Shown here piece by piece: positions 27,461 to 40,509 of a stretch of DNA of 60,351 nucleotides. The notes under the pieces were generated by a model. That model was not told the DNA's origin. It made no database searches and saw nothing but the letters and a program-made list of their open reading frames with translations. The translations under genes and the position numbers were made by a program. Source of the stretch: Octopus bimaculoides (lineage: Eukaryota). The stretch covers positions 23,685,253 through 23,745,603 of the forward strand of contig NC_068997.1 of the NCBI RefSeq assembly GCF_001194135.2. The letters run 5' to 3'. Within the stretch, counting starts at the first letter, position 1; the number at the start of each line of letters is the position of its first letter.

Positions 27461-27792
27461 ATGCTGAGCCCCTTAAGCAGCACTGAACAAGGTAGGTGGG
27501 GGTGAACAAAGAAATAGTTCTGAAACGTTGGATTCTTTATACATGATGAGAAATCATTGCAAAATTTATGGAATAAGTTTTACCGACGCATGCAGCCGAA
27601 TTTTTGTGTGTTTAGCTCTAAAATCTTGATGGGGACATAAGAGAATCAATGAATAACACGGCGTATCTTTGATTTGTGTACCTGGTGGAATGCTACTATC
27701 ACCAGATGTAAATACAACCAAAGTCTTCTAGAGAAAAACAAAATCAAACAAATAGTAGAAGAATCGATTCCTGATCTGCACTGATATCTTAA

Positions 27793-27928
27793 CCCTTCGA
27801 TCCCGTAACACTAGTTTATCGGTGGATGGCTGATTTTTCTCTGTACTGTAGCACCGCTCTATACCGTAGCACCAGTGGAGTGCCAGGTATATAGTAAAAT
27901 AAGATTAAGGAGGTTAGGGCTCAAACGG
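27793..27928. mobile_element. piggyBac-type MITE (136 bp)
   Basis: TTAA at 27789-27792 and 27929-27932. Ends CCCTTCGATCCC and GGGCTCAAACGG match at 9/12 as inverted repeats. Confidence 0.6.
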
Positions 27929-28240
27929 TTAATTATCAGACACCACAACAAGTTCTCTCCGAAGGTTTAAGGACTCTTCTACATGAATATCCTAAATTGG
28001 AATCCGGAAGCGGACATAGCCGATTTATTAAACTTCTGAAGTTGTTTCTGCAAGATACGTACAAGAATATTAGTTGTTATTAAGAACAATTGGATGGTCA
28101 CGGCCGGAATGCTGTTGTTAGTAAGTTGGTTTAATACGAACAGCTGTGACTCGAAGCTAGGCGACTATGTGAACAACAGCAACAAGCAACAACATAAGCA
28201 GCAGCAACAACAACACGATTGTTTTCTCCCAAAGGCAGAT

Positions 28241-28275
<35 letters not shown>

Positions 28276-28653
28276 NNNNNNNNNNNNNNNNNNNNNNNNN
28301 NNNNNNNNNNNNNNNNNNNNNNNNNNNNNNNNNNNNNNNNNNNNNNNNNNNNNNNNNNNNNNNNNNNNNNNNNNNNNNNNNNNNNNNNNNNNNNNNNNNN
28401 NNNNNNNNNNNNNNNNNNNNNNNNNNNNNNNNNNNNNNNNNNNNNNNNNNNNNNNNNNNNNNNNNNNNNNNNNNNNNNNNNNNNNNNNNNNNNNNNNNNN
28501 NNNNNNNNNNNNNNNNNNNNNNNNNNNNNNNNNNNNNNNNNNNNNNNNNNNNNNNNNNNNNNNNNNNNNNNNNNNNNNNNNNNNNNNNNNNNNNNNNNNN
28601 NNNNNNNNNNNNNNNNNNNNNNNNNNNNNNNNNNNNNNNNNNNNNNNNNNNNN

Positions 28654-28723
<70 letters not shown>

Positions 28724-29087
28724 CTTGTGTGTATCCGTATTGTGTGTTAGTGTAAGTATAATTGTCTGTGTGGGTGTGTGTGTTTTTGAATTTCTCCGAA
28801 TTTTGTTACTGCATGCAATATGTATGATTACGTGTTACATGGAGGTATCTCATTCACACACACACACACGCACACACATACACACACACACAAATATATA
28901 TAGAAGTGTTTACGTATGTCTGTGTAGAGGTATACATACATATGCATGTACCTACACACACACACGCATGCACATACACACACAGACACAGACACACACA
29001 CACACAACACACACACATAGAGGGTGCGGTGAATATTTTGTCGTATATATAACACAAAAATAAAAATAACACTGACATCTCATTTTA

Positions 29088-29166
<79 letters not shown>

Positions 29167-29349
29167 CACACACACACACATTAAACATTTTGACAGTGGA
29201 CTTCCAAGTTTTGCCGGATATGCGACTTATTCAAAACTATTCAAAGTCCACGCATCGCAAGACTTCGAAGTTACTGTCAATAAAGTTACATTAGTTCAAT
29301 ATTTAGATACAAGGCCGGTATTTTTGAAAAACGATGTCTGATATTACAG

Positions 29350-29490
29350 ACGCCACATCAGTTCAGCGACTCTGATAGAATGAATTGCGAAGTTGACCTC
29401 AGCGAAGTTTTGAATCGTAATATAAAGAACCGGATGAAATGCTACTAATCAATTTGTCCGACGCGCTAATACTTCAGCCGGTTCCTCGCT
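29350..29490 (-). mobile_element. Diverged SINE family 2 5' half
   Basis: GAAGTTGACCTCAGCGAAG...GAAATGCTACTAATCAATTTGTCCGACGCGCTAA aligns with the 26750-26847 copy. Confidence 0.6.
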
Positions 29491-29640
29491 AAGCAGTACA
29501 CTTGTATTTTGTATCTATGCACGTGTGCGTGTGGGAGAGAGAGAGAGGGAAACATACATATTGACAGAAACAGAGTGAATGCGTCTGACTTTCAACAATT
29601 GTATATACAGATGTGTGTGCGTATGTGTGTGTGTGTGTAT

Positions 29641-29680
<40 letters not shown>

Positions 29681-30019
29681 GTGTGTGTACGTATGTGAGT
29701 ACCTGTTAGCATCGGCCACTAGAAATGCTAATAATGGTATTTGTATAATTATGTGTTCCCATACATACATTTTGTACGCCCACCACGACCACCGGCAACA
29801 ACACCACTACTACTATCAACCCCACATAAATCTACAGTGCTTTCTGAGTGGGAAAAACATACAAGAAGTGCGTAAGAATATATATATATATATATATGGA
29901 AGCCAGAGGAGACATATTCTGGTCAAATATAAATCGAACAAAGAAATAATAATTCCCAAGGCGATTATTCATAAAATCGTAATCAAATTAGGTATGAACA
30001 TAGAAATATGAATGTATGC

Positions 30020-30088
<69 letters not shown>

Positions 30089-30440
30089 AACACGCACACA
30101 TCTGTGTATATATGACATAGACATATGTATTTCTATCTATATCTAGTCAGCTCTCTCATTCTCTCCGTACGTGTGTATATTGTTATATGAGTGTATGTAA
30201 CTATATATGCGTTTATGTATGTCTATGTAAATGCATGTGTATATATGTATGTGTATTTGTATTCATAGATGAATGAGTAGATATGTAAATATATAGACAT
30301 ATAACTGAATGCGTATATAATTTACAATAATGTGTTACTACTAACACGCAAGCACTCTTTCACAAAGACGCGCACATGCATACACACATATATACTTATA
30401 TACCCTTCCGCGTATACACAGGCATGCATATACACAGGCA

Positions 30441-30504
<64 letters not shown>

Positions 30505-31448
30505 TATATTGCTACAGATATACATGCAAGTTTATATCTATGTCAATACAGGACACTCTCGCCTACTCATACACCAAACATCCTACGTATATCTGGCTGT
30601 TTGCATTGGGGCTGTCTGTTTGGCCAACAAGAACCGTCAAATGTTTTCCCCAATACAGGCCATATTTTATTTCAAACACTTAAATGTTCACCTATTTTAC
30701 AAAAGCAATTATTGTGCGCTGAAATGAAGAAAAAGTAACGATATATTGCCATTCAAAACTGCATCAGTGATTTGAAGGAACTTTGCTAGCTCAACAAGTC
30801 TGTCATTTTAAATCTTTGCCCACCGTCAAAAGCGACATGTTTGAATGTATTATAGGCGGTTTTTACTCGTTTTATACACCAGTAAATTCAAAACTTGTCA
30901 AAGGAACTTCGAATTCATTATGATAAAAGACTATTTAACCGTTGATATGTCTCCCTTTCCCTCATGTTTTGTCTTCAGACTATGTATCTATATATGCAAG
31001 TATGTATATGTATATGCGCGTATATACATACATAAACACATATATACATATATACATATATATGTTTATATGTATGTATATATTATTTGTGTGTGGGTAT
31101 ATGCATTTATATATGTATGAGTTCTTGAGTGTATCTAAATGCCTGTATTTAGTCTTGCGATGAGAGCATGGTAGTTATACTGCGTTCTGAATAAATAATT
31201 GTTAATGTTTGTTATGTCTATATTTTTCTATTTAGTTTTATTTTCATTTAGTTTCTCTGTATTCTTTTGTCGCTTTGCTTTAACACAGGACATAGATATG
31301 AAAACTGAAAACGCACGCACGCACGCACGCATTTACACGAACGTCTATATGTATACACAAACCATGAACGCACGCACACACTCACCAACAATATGTATGT
31401 GTATGTATGTATACTTATCATTCCGTATAAATGTATTTATAGACATAC

Positions 31449-31480
<32 letters not shown>

Positions 31481-31963
31481 GTGTCGAATGTTCTGAGGAG
31501 AGGGCGGTTTAATGTCGAATCGCCTTCGAAAAGTACGATGCACCGTAACAACCGAATTTGTTTTCGCGAACTCGAGAACGCAGAACGCCTTTAGCTGAGG
31601 ACTCGCCATTCTGGGTGTAAACAAACAACTAAAGGTTGCCGGAAGAACGACGCGACTACAGCGCCCTTGTGGCAGCCATTCAAAATTTAGAAAACTTCGC
31701 CGCTACCCAACTAGCCTCGATTTCCTTAAACATCGAATAACAACAGTGATTAACTCAGTGGATCGTGATATGGTGATACGTATACGCGTCTGGGAGGAAT
31801 TTTCTTATCGCATCGATGTTGCTCGTGCTGCATGAGGTGGCCACATTGAACACTTGTAAGGAAATAAAAGTTGATTGTGAGTAAATAAATGTGACTTAGC
31901 TGGAGCTTTCTATAGTTTTCTCTGCGTAATGAAATCGGTTCATTCATTTTGAATAATCCTGTA
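31481..31963. mobile_element. Rearranged Tc1/mariner-superfamily element: N-terminal HTH part inverted, middle deleted, C-terminus and 3' TIR intact
   Basis: Minus 31609-31481 reads MASPQLKAFCVLEFAKTNSVVTVHRTFRRRFDIKPPSPQNIR. Plus 31697-31859 reads (S)PL..SLDFLKHRITTVINSVDRDMVIRIRVWEEFSYRIDVARAA*GGHIEHL*. The element ends ...TTTTGAATAATCCTG followed by TA. Confidence 0.85.
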
Positions 31964-32160
31964 TAGTCTATGTGTTTTGTTTATATGTCCATTAGCTGTG
32001 GTGAAGCATCCTAGGAAACGTGCCTTCTTGACGCCACGTATTAAAAAAAAAAACCCACTAAATGTCTCAGACTAGGCGTGACAACTCTCCCCTAATAAAC
32101 AAGAAAGATGGATATTGATATTCCACTCTCTTTCTTATCTGCACCGTGCACTCTACTCAC

Positions 32161-32228
32161 CTCGATACGAACGGAACTTGTGGTCTGACGCATATATGCA
32201 AACAGTGTGAAGTCTCTTTGTTGATTGG
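32161..32228 (-). CDS. Candidate 68-nt internal exon, unknown gene
   Basis: Pyrimidine tract TTTGATTTTGCTTCCCTTG...CTATAG acceptor and strong GAG|GTGAGT donor. All three frames are open. No recognised homology. Confidence 0.25.
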
Positions 32229-32360
32229 CTATAGCGTTGCACAAGGGAAGCAAAATCAAATTACGTATGTATGGAAGGCAGAGGAAAAGCATAAACATTT
32301 CCAGTCAAAGTTTCTTGACTTAATATGTTGCATTATCTGTAAAATGGTTTGGATGTAATT

Positions 32361-32391
<31 letters not shown>

Positions 32392-32592
32392 AAGAATTTG
32401 ATTGCCTGCTCTACCATATCAGGTAATTTCGTATTTATCTCTGCGTGTGGTTCCATTCTTTGTTTCAGTTATTTAATTTTTGCCTAGCTTCATCTAAAAG
32501 CGCTTGCCCAAGCGGCGTTTCATCCGCGACCATTTTGTTTTATTTATATAGTTTTACATGCTCCAAAGTGTTCTCTCTTCTTCATTTTGCAG

Positions 32593-32658
32593 TGGTATGG
32601 CGGAGTAACATTTGAGGGACATTCGTTGTCTGTCTTAGCAGTACTGGCAACCATGTGA
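32593..32658 (+). CDS. Candidate terminal coding exon WYGGVTFEGHSLSVLAVLATM*, unknown gene
   Basis: Strong acceptor TTCTCTCTTCTTCATTTTGCAG, a GC-balanced non-repetitive stretch, the other two frames stop early, and AT-rich UTR-like sequence follows. Protein not recognised. Confidence 0.35.
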   Translation, partial: WYGGVTFEGHSLSVLAVLATM

Positions 32659-33028
32659 AGGCTCCTGTATATCTTTAAGTGTGTATATTTGTCTACGAGT
32701 TGTTTTTGTTTTTTGTTTTTTTTTTAATTTATGTCAACGATTGGAAAGTAATTACTTGTATTTTATTACGAATATATCATGTTCATGTTATTTACAACCA
32801 AGTTTTAAAAAAACCCTCACACACATTCACACACACGCACACATACACACTTACACTCGCATTCATGTATATAGAGAGTTACAGATAGTTACATGCAAGC
32901 AGACATGCTAAAATGCTGTTTTATATACACAGAATCACGCTCTCTGATACTGCTTGAAATAGAGAAATAGAATGAGGAGAAGAGAGAGGGAAAGACAGGG
33001 AGAGAGAGACAGAAATAGATAGACAGAC

Positions 33029-33066
<38 letters not shown>

Positions 33067-33134
33067 ATAAATAGATAGATAGATAGATAGATAGTGATAG
33101 AGGGGGAGGGAGAGAAGGAGAGTTTAACAGAAAT

Positions 33135-33140
33135 ACTTCT

Positions 33141-33205
<65 letters not shown>

Positions 33206-33398
33206 TTCTTCATCATCTTCTTCTTCTTCTTCTTCTTCTTCATCATCTTCTTCTTCTTCTTCTTCTTCTTCTTCTTCTTCTTCTTCTTGCTGTTGTTGTT
33301 GTTCTTCTTCTTCTTGTTGTTCTTCTTCTTCTTGCTGCTGTTGTTGCTGTTGTTGTTGTTGTTCTTCTTCTTCTTCTTCTTCTTCTTCTTCTTCTTCT

Positions 33399-33432
<34 letters not shown>

Positions 33433-33522
33433 GATTTTCTTCTTCTTCTTCTTCTTCTTCTTCTTCTTCTTCTTCTTCTTCTCCATTTAGTAGCAGTAAT
33501 GCTAGTGTCCGCATCACCATCA

Positions 33523-33565
<43 letters not shown>

Positions 33566-33635
33566 GCTGCTGATGCTGCTGCTGTTGTTGCTGCTGCTGC
33601 TGCTTCTGCTACTGCTGCTATTGGTGGCAGCGGCG

Positions 33636-33692
<57 letters not shown>
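33135..33692. repeat. (TCT)n/(TGT)n array followed by (CTA)n, (CTG)n and (GTA)n
   Basis: Directly visible. It explains the poly-E, poly-K and poly-L ORFs. Confidence 0.95.
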
Positions 33693-34940
33693 AATTATGC
33701 CTCTTAAATTTTCGAAATTCAAGTGAAGCACATTTTTTTCCGCTGATTTCTAAAATTTATGTCACACAGCTGCTGCGAGCTTGTTTAGGGCGGATCCGTC
33801 TAGAATCATTCAAATCTAACTGAACAATCTTACGACGTTGTAACCTCTTTGATGAGAAAGACCTACTAACTTTCTTCCAAATCATAGCAACGCGGAAAGA
33901 GGGAATGTTTTTTTTTGACGAGATTGAGAAGATTGATGAGAAGATTGATGAGAAGTCTTAAAACATTCATCGACTTCATCAATAACTATAGGATAAAATA
34001 TATAAGATATAGGCTAAAATGAGTAAGCTGTAAAGGCGATTATGTCGAAAAACAAACCTCATTTGGTCACATCCCGTGAAAGTATCATGATCAGCCTATG
34101 GAATTATCAGCCAACCTTCATATATCTGTCAATCAATCAACCAATCAATCAATGTAGGTTTATGTGTATGTCCTTAAAAGTTTGTGTGAGTGTTTGTGTG
34201 TACGTGAGTATATGTGACATACACGCTGACATCTGTATACGAAGAAATATTGTTATGGCAACAGGAAAAGCTCAAACAATTGATGACCGATATAAGCTAA
34301 ATTCTCGTGGGGCGTTAAATAACATAGTTCTCAGACACAATTTCTCGTACATATTTACATACCTACCTACCTATATACACACACAGACATATACACACAT
34401 TCACACACGCACGCACACATTTCTACACTCATGTATAAGTCGATTAGCCAATAACGGCAATATATGAGTGTGTATACGCGCGTTTGTATGTGTGTGAGTC
34501 GGTGGATGTTGGTGCGTGTGTACATGTAACAGAATTCTCTCCCATACATTTACTTCACATACCCTTACTAACACATACAGTGCAATAAAGAAAAAAAAAC
34601 ACAACACAGCAAAGCACAATTTCTTCATGACAGACTCTAAACCTTGTAATTGTTTTCAAGATTGCATTACCACAGACGTGTTTCACGATAAAATCTTATG
34701 AATTAAAATACCATTTTAAAGTCTTTGACCATTCGGTCAAGTTCAACCAAGTAGAATATATTCTTCTCACTCTCCTAAATAGATTAAGGAGATGGTAATG
34801 TATGTGCTGAGGATACAGAAAACTTGCCAAACTTCAATTGGTTCGATGGGTTGGTGTATGGCATTCGTTTTTTTTTTCTTTGTTTGTGTGTGCGTATACA
34901 TGCGTATACATATATACATTATATACGTATGCATGTATAA

Positions 34941-34975
<35 letters not shown>

Positions 34976-35438
34976 NNNNNNNNNNNNNNNNNNNNNNNNN
35001 NNNNNNNNNNNNNNNNNNNNNNNNNNNNNNNNNNNNNNNNNNNNNNNNNNNNNNNNNNNNNNNNNNNNNNNNNNNNNNNNNNNNNNNNNNNNNNNNNNNN
35101 NNNNNNNNNNNNNNNNNNNNNNNNNNNNNNNNNNNNNNNNNNNNNNNNNNNNNNNNNNNNNNNNNNNNNNNNNNNNNNNNNNNNNNNNNNNNNNNNNNNN
35201 NNNNNNNNNNNNNNNNNNNNNNNNNNNNNNNNNNNNNNNNNNNNNNNNNNNNNNNNNNNNNNNNNNNNNNNNNNNNNNNNNNNNNNNNNNNNNNNNNNNN
35301 NNNNNNNNNNNNNNNNNNNNATATATATATATATATATACACACATCCATACTTAGGTAAATTGCTTAAGTGTACAGATATTTCATACATATTTGAAGCA
35401 TAATCGCTGAGGTTGAAAACAAAACCTAATGATAACTC

Positions 35439-35479
<41 letters not shown>

Positions 35480-36614
35480 ACAGATGCAAAAATATCAATA
35501 ATACTTTTAATAATAGTAATAATAACGATAAGTATTATATTAATATAATGGTAGCCCCTGACCCGTGTGGTTGTAGTTCTCACAATGATGCAAAAAAAGG
35601 GACAGATTTCGTCGCGTATGATTCTCATCATAAGCAAAATTTCTGTTTTTTCCTTATTTACTTTCATTCCATCTCCATGCGTAATTATATAAGAATGCAT
35701 CATGACACATGCAAAAGCGCATACATACATACGCACACATATATATATACACGTACATACACACACATACATACACGCATATGTACATACATATACATAT
35801 ATATTCATATGTGTATAAATCTGTGTGTACATCTGTACATATATACTCATGCTTATATATGTGTGTGTGTGGGTGTGTAATATTCGTGTGTCGTTGTGTA
35901 TATTTGGGTTTGAGTGTATGTATATTTATGAGTGTGTGGGTATTTGAGGACATTTTCCTTTTATGCGTTGAAGCACAACAGGAAACATAACTATAGGCAT
36001 GGTGTAGATTATGGCATATACCTCATGAACTTACTGACACAGTAAAATCCCTTACCAAATATAAGTTTAGGCAGTAATATCCCTGTGAGTTAGAATGATT
36101 ATTTTCCGCGCAATTTTCCAAATTGAAATTTTCTTATCATCCATACTTTTACTTTCATCATTCATGCGATACATGTGGCGAAATCTGGCGTTTCTTCGGC
36201 TAGAAATTTCGTGTCCAAGTAAACACAATCATCCTATGAACGCTGCATGATCAAATCATACCGTAAGCATATTGGACACTTTCACTCTCCCGGACTGGTA
36301 TAACGATAAATGAAACAAACACACACATTATGAGCATAAAGGCATATATATANNNNNNNNNNNNNNNNNNNNNNNNNNNNNNNNNNNNNNNNNNNNNNNN
36401 NNNNNNNNNNNNNNNNNNNNNNNNNNNNNNNNNNNNNNNNNNNNNNNNNNNNNNNNNNNNNNNNNNNNNNNNNNNNNNNNNNNNNNNNNNNNNNNNNNNN
36501 NNNNNNNNNNNNNNNNNNNNNNNNNNNNNNNNNNNNNNNNNNNNNNNNNNNNNNNNNNNNNNNNNNNNNNNNNNNNNNNNNNNNNNNNNNNNNNNNNNNN
36601 NNNNNNNNNNNNNN

Positions 36615-36648
<34 letters not shown>

Positions 36649-36799
36649 GTGTATGTGTGTGTGTGCGGGGGGGGGTGCAAGTAAGTAGATGTATGTAGAT
36701 GTATGTATGTATGTATGTGTATATAAACGGACATACCAATGTTTAAGTTGATACACACAATAACAAATATAATTGAAAAATCACCATAAGGGTAGAATT

Positions 36800-37455
36800 A
36801 ATCAATTCGGTCAAGAAACCCCAATATATAGCAGCTGACCCCATGCTGGAATTGAAGAGAGTCAGGTCTTGAATGAAATAGAACAAGGAAATGCAATACC
36901 ATCCCTAAATCTGTTGAATGAATGACCAGCCTTAAAATCTGCAGGATAAATAGCAAATAAATCCAAGACCTCCACGCATACACCTCCATTTCCATATTAC
37001 TACTATTTCTTCTTCTACTCCCATCACTTGCCTCCTCCTACCAATTACACAGAGAAATACTCACATGGCTATATTGGCCTTCATACTGGCAAAAAAGGAT
37101 AAGCATCCCTCTGTGATTCATCCACTAATGCAATATCGACTGATGAAATGAATCAATGATGATGACCTACCGGATACTCATGGATACTACGAACTATTAT
37201 GTACTCATCCTAAGGATATGGACTCTGATGATATAGTCACGTGACCCGTGGAAACGCGCGTAGCGATGTATTAGATATTTATAAATTCCATCCTAGAATT
37301 TTTATGACTATCTTTATCCTACATTACATCGGTATAACCATGATGCAGCCCCAAAAATGTGATTCACTAGTCAGTATCATTAGACTGTAGCCGGCATCAT
37401 GAAATAGGAACTTTATTTGCATATCCTAAACGTTACCATAAACGAATTAAAAAGA
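36800..37455 (+). mobile_element. Probable Penelope-like 3' region with a hammerhead relic, ending at (TA)n
   Basis: CTGATGA at 37225-37231 and GAAACGCGCGTA at 37251-37262. The unique sequence runs into (AT)n at the gap. Confidence 0.45.
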
Positions 37456-40400
37456 TATATATNNNNNNNNNNNNNNNNNNNNNNNNNNNNNNNNNNNNNN
37501 NNNNNNNNNNNNNNNNNNNNNNNNNNNNNNNNNNNNNNNNNNNNNNNNNNNNNNNNNNNNNNNNNNNNNNNNNNNNNNNNNNNNNNTATATATATGTATA
37601 TGTATATATATATACATATATATATATATGTGTGTGTGTGTGTGTATGTGTGTGTATGTATATGTTTGTATATGTACTATAAGTTATGTATATAGGGTTA
37701 TATATGCATATGTTCGTATATATTTGTGTGTGCATATACAAGCATACATATATCATACATACACTTTCATATACACTTAATACGTAGCTGCGACAACATT
37801 AATTTTGAGTGCCTTTAAGATAGTTCGGTACATTGTAGCCTTCTGTTACATTTCAACGTATAATGAGGTTTTGTGCTATTTACAGAAACGCTAATATCTT
37901 CATTTTAAAGGAAAATGGAATGGCCAAAATGGTAGAATGCCAGGATAAGTATTTCGTTGTTCTTTTCTTTGTCACATTATATCCCTCCGAGGTTCTCTTT
38001 GGCTTTCATCAATGAAGAATCAATAGATTTGTTCCTAATGCTTTACTCATAAAAAAAAAATGATGCCATTTAAAAATTTGAAAGAAAAGAATGAAAGAAA
38101 AATTATTTAGACTGACAGAATTGTATATGGACGGGTACAACATCACTATTTAAATATGCAGACATTTCAGCGTCCTGCTGGGGTCATCATCTTCCACGTT
38201 TTTCAAGCAGTCGCCTATTAACATATGTATGCGCATTATTTGCGTTCTGTGCCGCATGCAGCGTGACTCCCCCTAATCTTCCAAGAATTTAACGTCTAAC
38301 TCTTTGCTTTACAGTATCTCTCTCACATTGGTTCTATGCCGCATATCCGCGCACATTTCCACGCATGTTGACCTTACTTTCTACTCCACATGGTTTCAAT
38401 CAAACACATGATCTTTATCTATATGTCGATATATCTCTCTTCCGCAGCAAATAACATATTTACTCTTCTTATCACAAATTTGTAATTTTCTTCATTGATA
38501 AATATAAATGCCGATCGTTCCCACCGAGCTGGGGACTACCGGCATATTATCTTTTATACATTTCAATCATTAGATTAGGGCCATGATTAGGCACCACCTT
38601 GAAGAGTTTTTAGTCAGATGAATTGACTGTAGTTCGTTTTTTTTTAAAGCCAAGTATTTAACAAAACTTCTAACAAATATGTGAGTATAAACAAATATAT
38701 TGATGCAAATCCAGAAATCAATAAGTTTAATTATCTAGAGCTTCTAAATATATGAAGTTTTGAGTGTGTCCCTTAATCTACATAGTTCGAGGTATATTTG
38801 AAGACAATTTCATTGAAAAATATCCATTTTCCTGAAAGTTAAGACGAATTTTAGTGGACTCCGGTGAGTTTTCCGAAAATCCTCTCCCTACCAATCCTAA
38901 GACATTTTCTTCCTAAAATTTTGTATATTCGGAATCCACATGATATAAGACATATTCGTAGAATATTTCATTAAAAAATATCCATTTTTCTGAAAGTTAT
39001 AACGATCCAAAATCGTGCGGGGGCGGCAGAAATCTGTACTTATGCCCTATTAACAACTGATCAATTAAATAAAATCTCCGTATGGACATTTATTTCTCTC
39101 TCACACAAACACTCACATAGCTAAGCATCTTACACAAATAGAAAGCCGGAGAAGAATATAAAACATGAAAGTAACTTTAGAAATTCTTTTTTATCTGAAA
39201 TAGTTACAGATGTAAAGATGTATACATACGTGTCTGTGTATGTAAATAGCTGGTTACTTAGTGACTATGTTAACGTTGACAAAACAGTTAAGTGAAAATG
39301 TTAATAAGTCGATTTGCGCCAAGAATAATCACATGGGATTTAAATGTGAAATATCAAGTCTTAATAAGGCGACTTGTTCCAAAAATGTCCGAAATATGTA
39401 TAGGAAAATCAATGTACAATATATAGTACCTCATTTAATTAATTGAGAAAAAGGTGTCTATCTCAGTATGGAATATTTTTTTCTGACATGAAAGTACATT
39501 TATAAATACTTTTTTATCAGAAGTCGTTACAACTTTAATGATATATACATACGTGTGTGTATGAAAATAGCTGGTTAGTACGCCAAAGACAGGAAGTTCA
39601 AACACAGGAAGTAAAGAAAACGATCTGAAGAAGTGAATCATTATATATAGAGCAATATTATTCATTTTTTGATAAAAAAGAAATATGAATCAACGTCAAA
39701 TTATTCGTGTATGGTACATATTGATCCAGAGTATTAAGCGTGCATTGAGGACACACATACAGACAGGGTATTTTATGTGTTAAGATGCGCCTTGCTATGC
39801 GTGTGATCGCTCGGTCAGTGGGAGAGTCTTCGTTCCTTATCTACGGTGATAGGACGAAAACCGATGATTGGTTTCCTTAATCATTCAGATTGAAAGAAGC
39901 AAGTACCAGTTATATATTGGTTGATTCAACCAATTGTACCTATTCCCTGAAAAGGTTTCGGTTTGATTCGATGTTGTTTTGTCAGTTACCAACTTCTTAC
40001 TTGCAACATAATATATATTTTTGTGATTCCAAATTAAAGCTTGCTCTAAAATTCCCGTAAGTAATATCTATTATTATATGTACAATACATTTTTGACACA
40101 GTCATACGCGGTCTTTCACAGAAAGATGGAGAGAAAGAGGCTGAGACCTTTCTAGGCTATTGTCGTCTGCAACAATAAAAGCAATACAGAATATTACAAA
40201 ACATCAGGAGAATGTCTGCCTCTATGGCGCCAGACTAACACTGTGTGGGTGGATGGGGTGGGGGAAATTTTGAGAGGGGAAGATCGAGAGATAAAATAGA
40301 ATGAGAAAGAAGAGAGATAGACGGAGAGGGAGAGAAGAAAGAGAGAAAGAAAAGAGGAAATGAGACTGACAAGTACTCTGAGAAAATGTATATGAATTTT

Positions 40401-40463
40401 CTAATATGTGGCTGTGTATATATGTATATGTACATACATATATATATATATATACATTGTGTG

Positions 40464-40509
<46 letters not shown>

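Noticed and set aside
30550-30735. GC-balanced stretch with open frames after a weak acceptor
   Set aside because: No recognisable motif and no good donor site.
32921-33573. Long poly-E/Q, poly-K and poly-L ORFs, and the many poly-I/N/D/YI/HT/CV ORFs in the track
   Set aside because: They are translations of microsatellites or read-throughs of N gaps, with no complex sequence.
33824-33905. TTGATGA followed by a GAAAG/CTTTC stem
   Set aside because: No GAAA follows the stem, so the hammerhead order is incomplete.
36800-37200. Helitron Rep-like reading (LHFHILLLFL)
   Set aside because: It needs frameshifts, other Rep motifs are unconvincing, and the downstream hammerhead relic fits a Penelope-like origin better.
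39800-39880. Hairpin with GGACGAAA resembling a hammerhead
   Set aside because: The expected CUGANGA reads TGGGAGA (three mismatches) and the cleavage triplet is poor.
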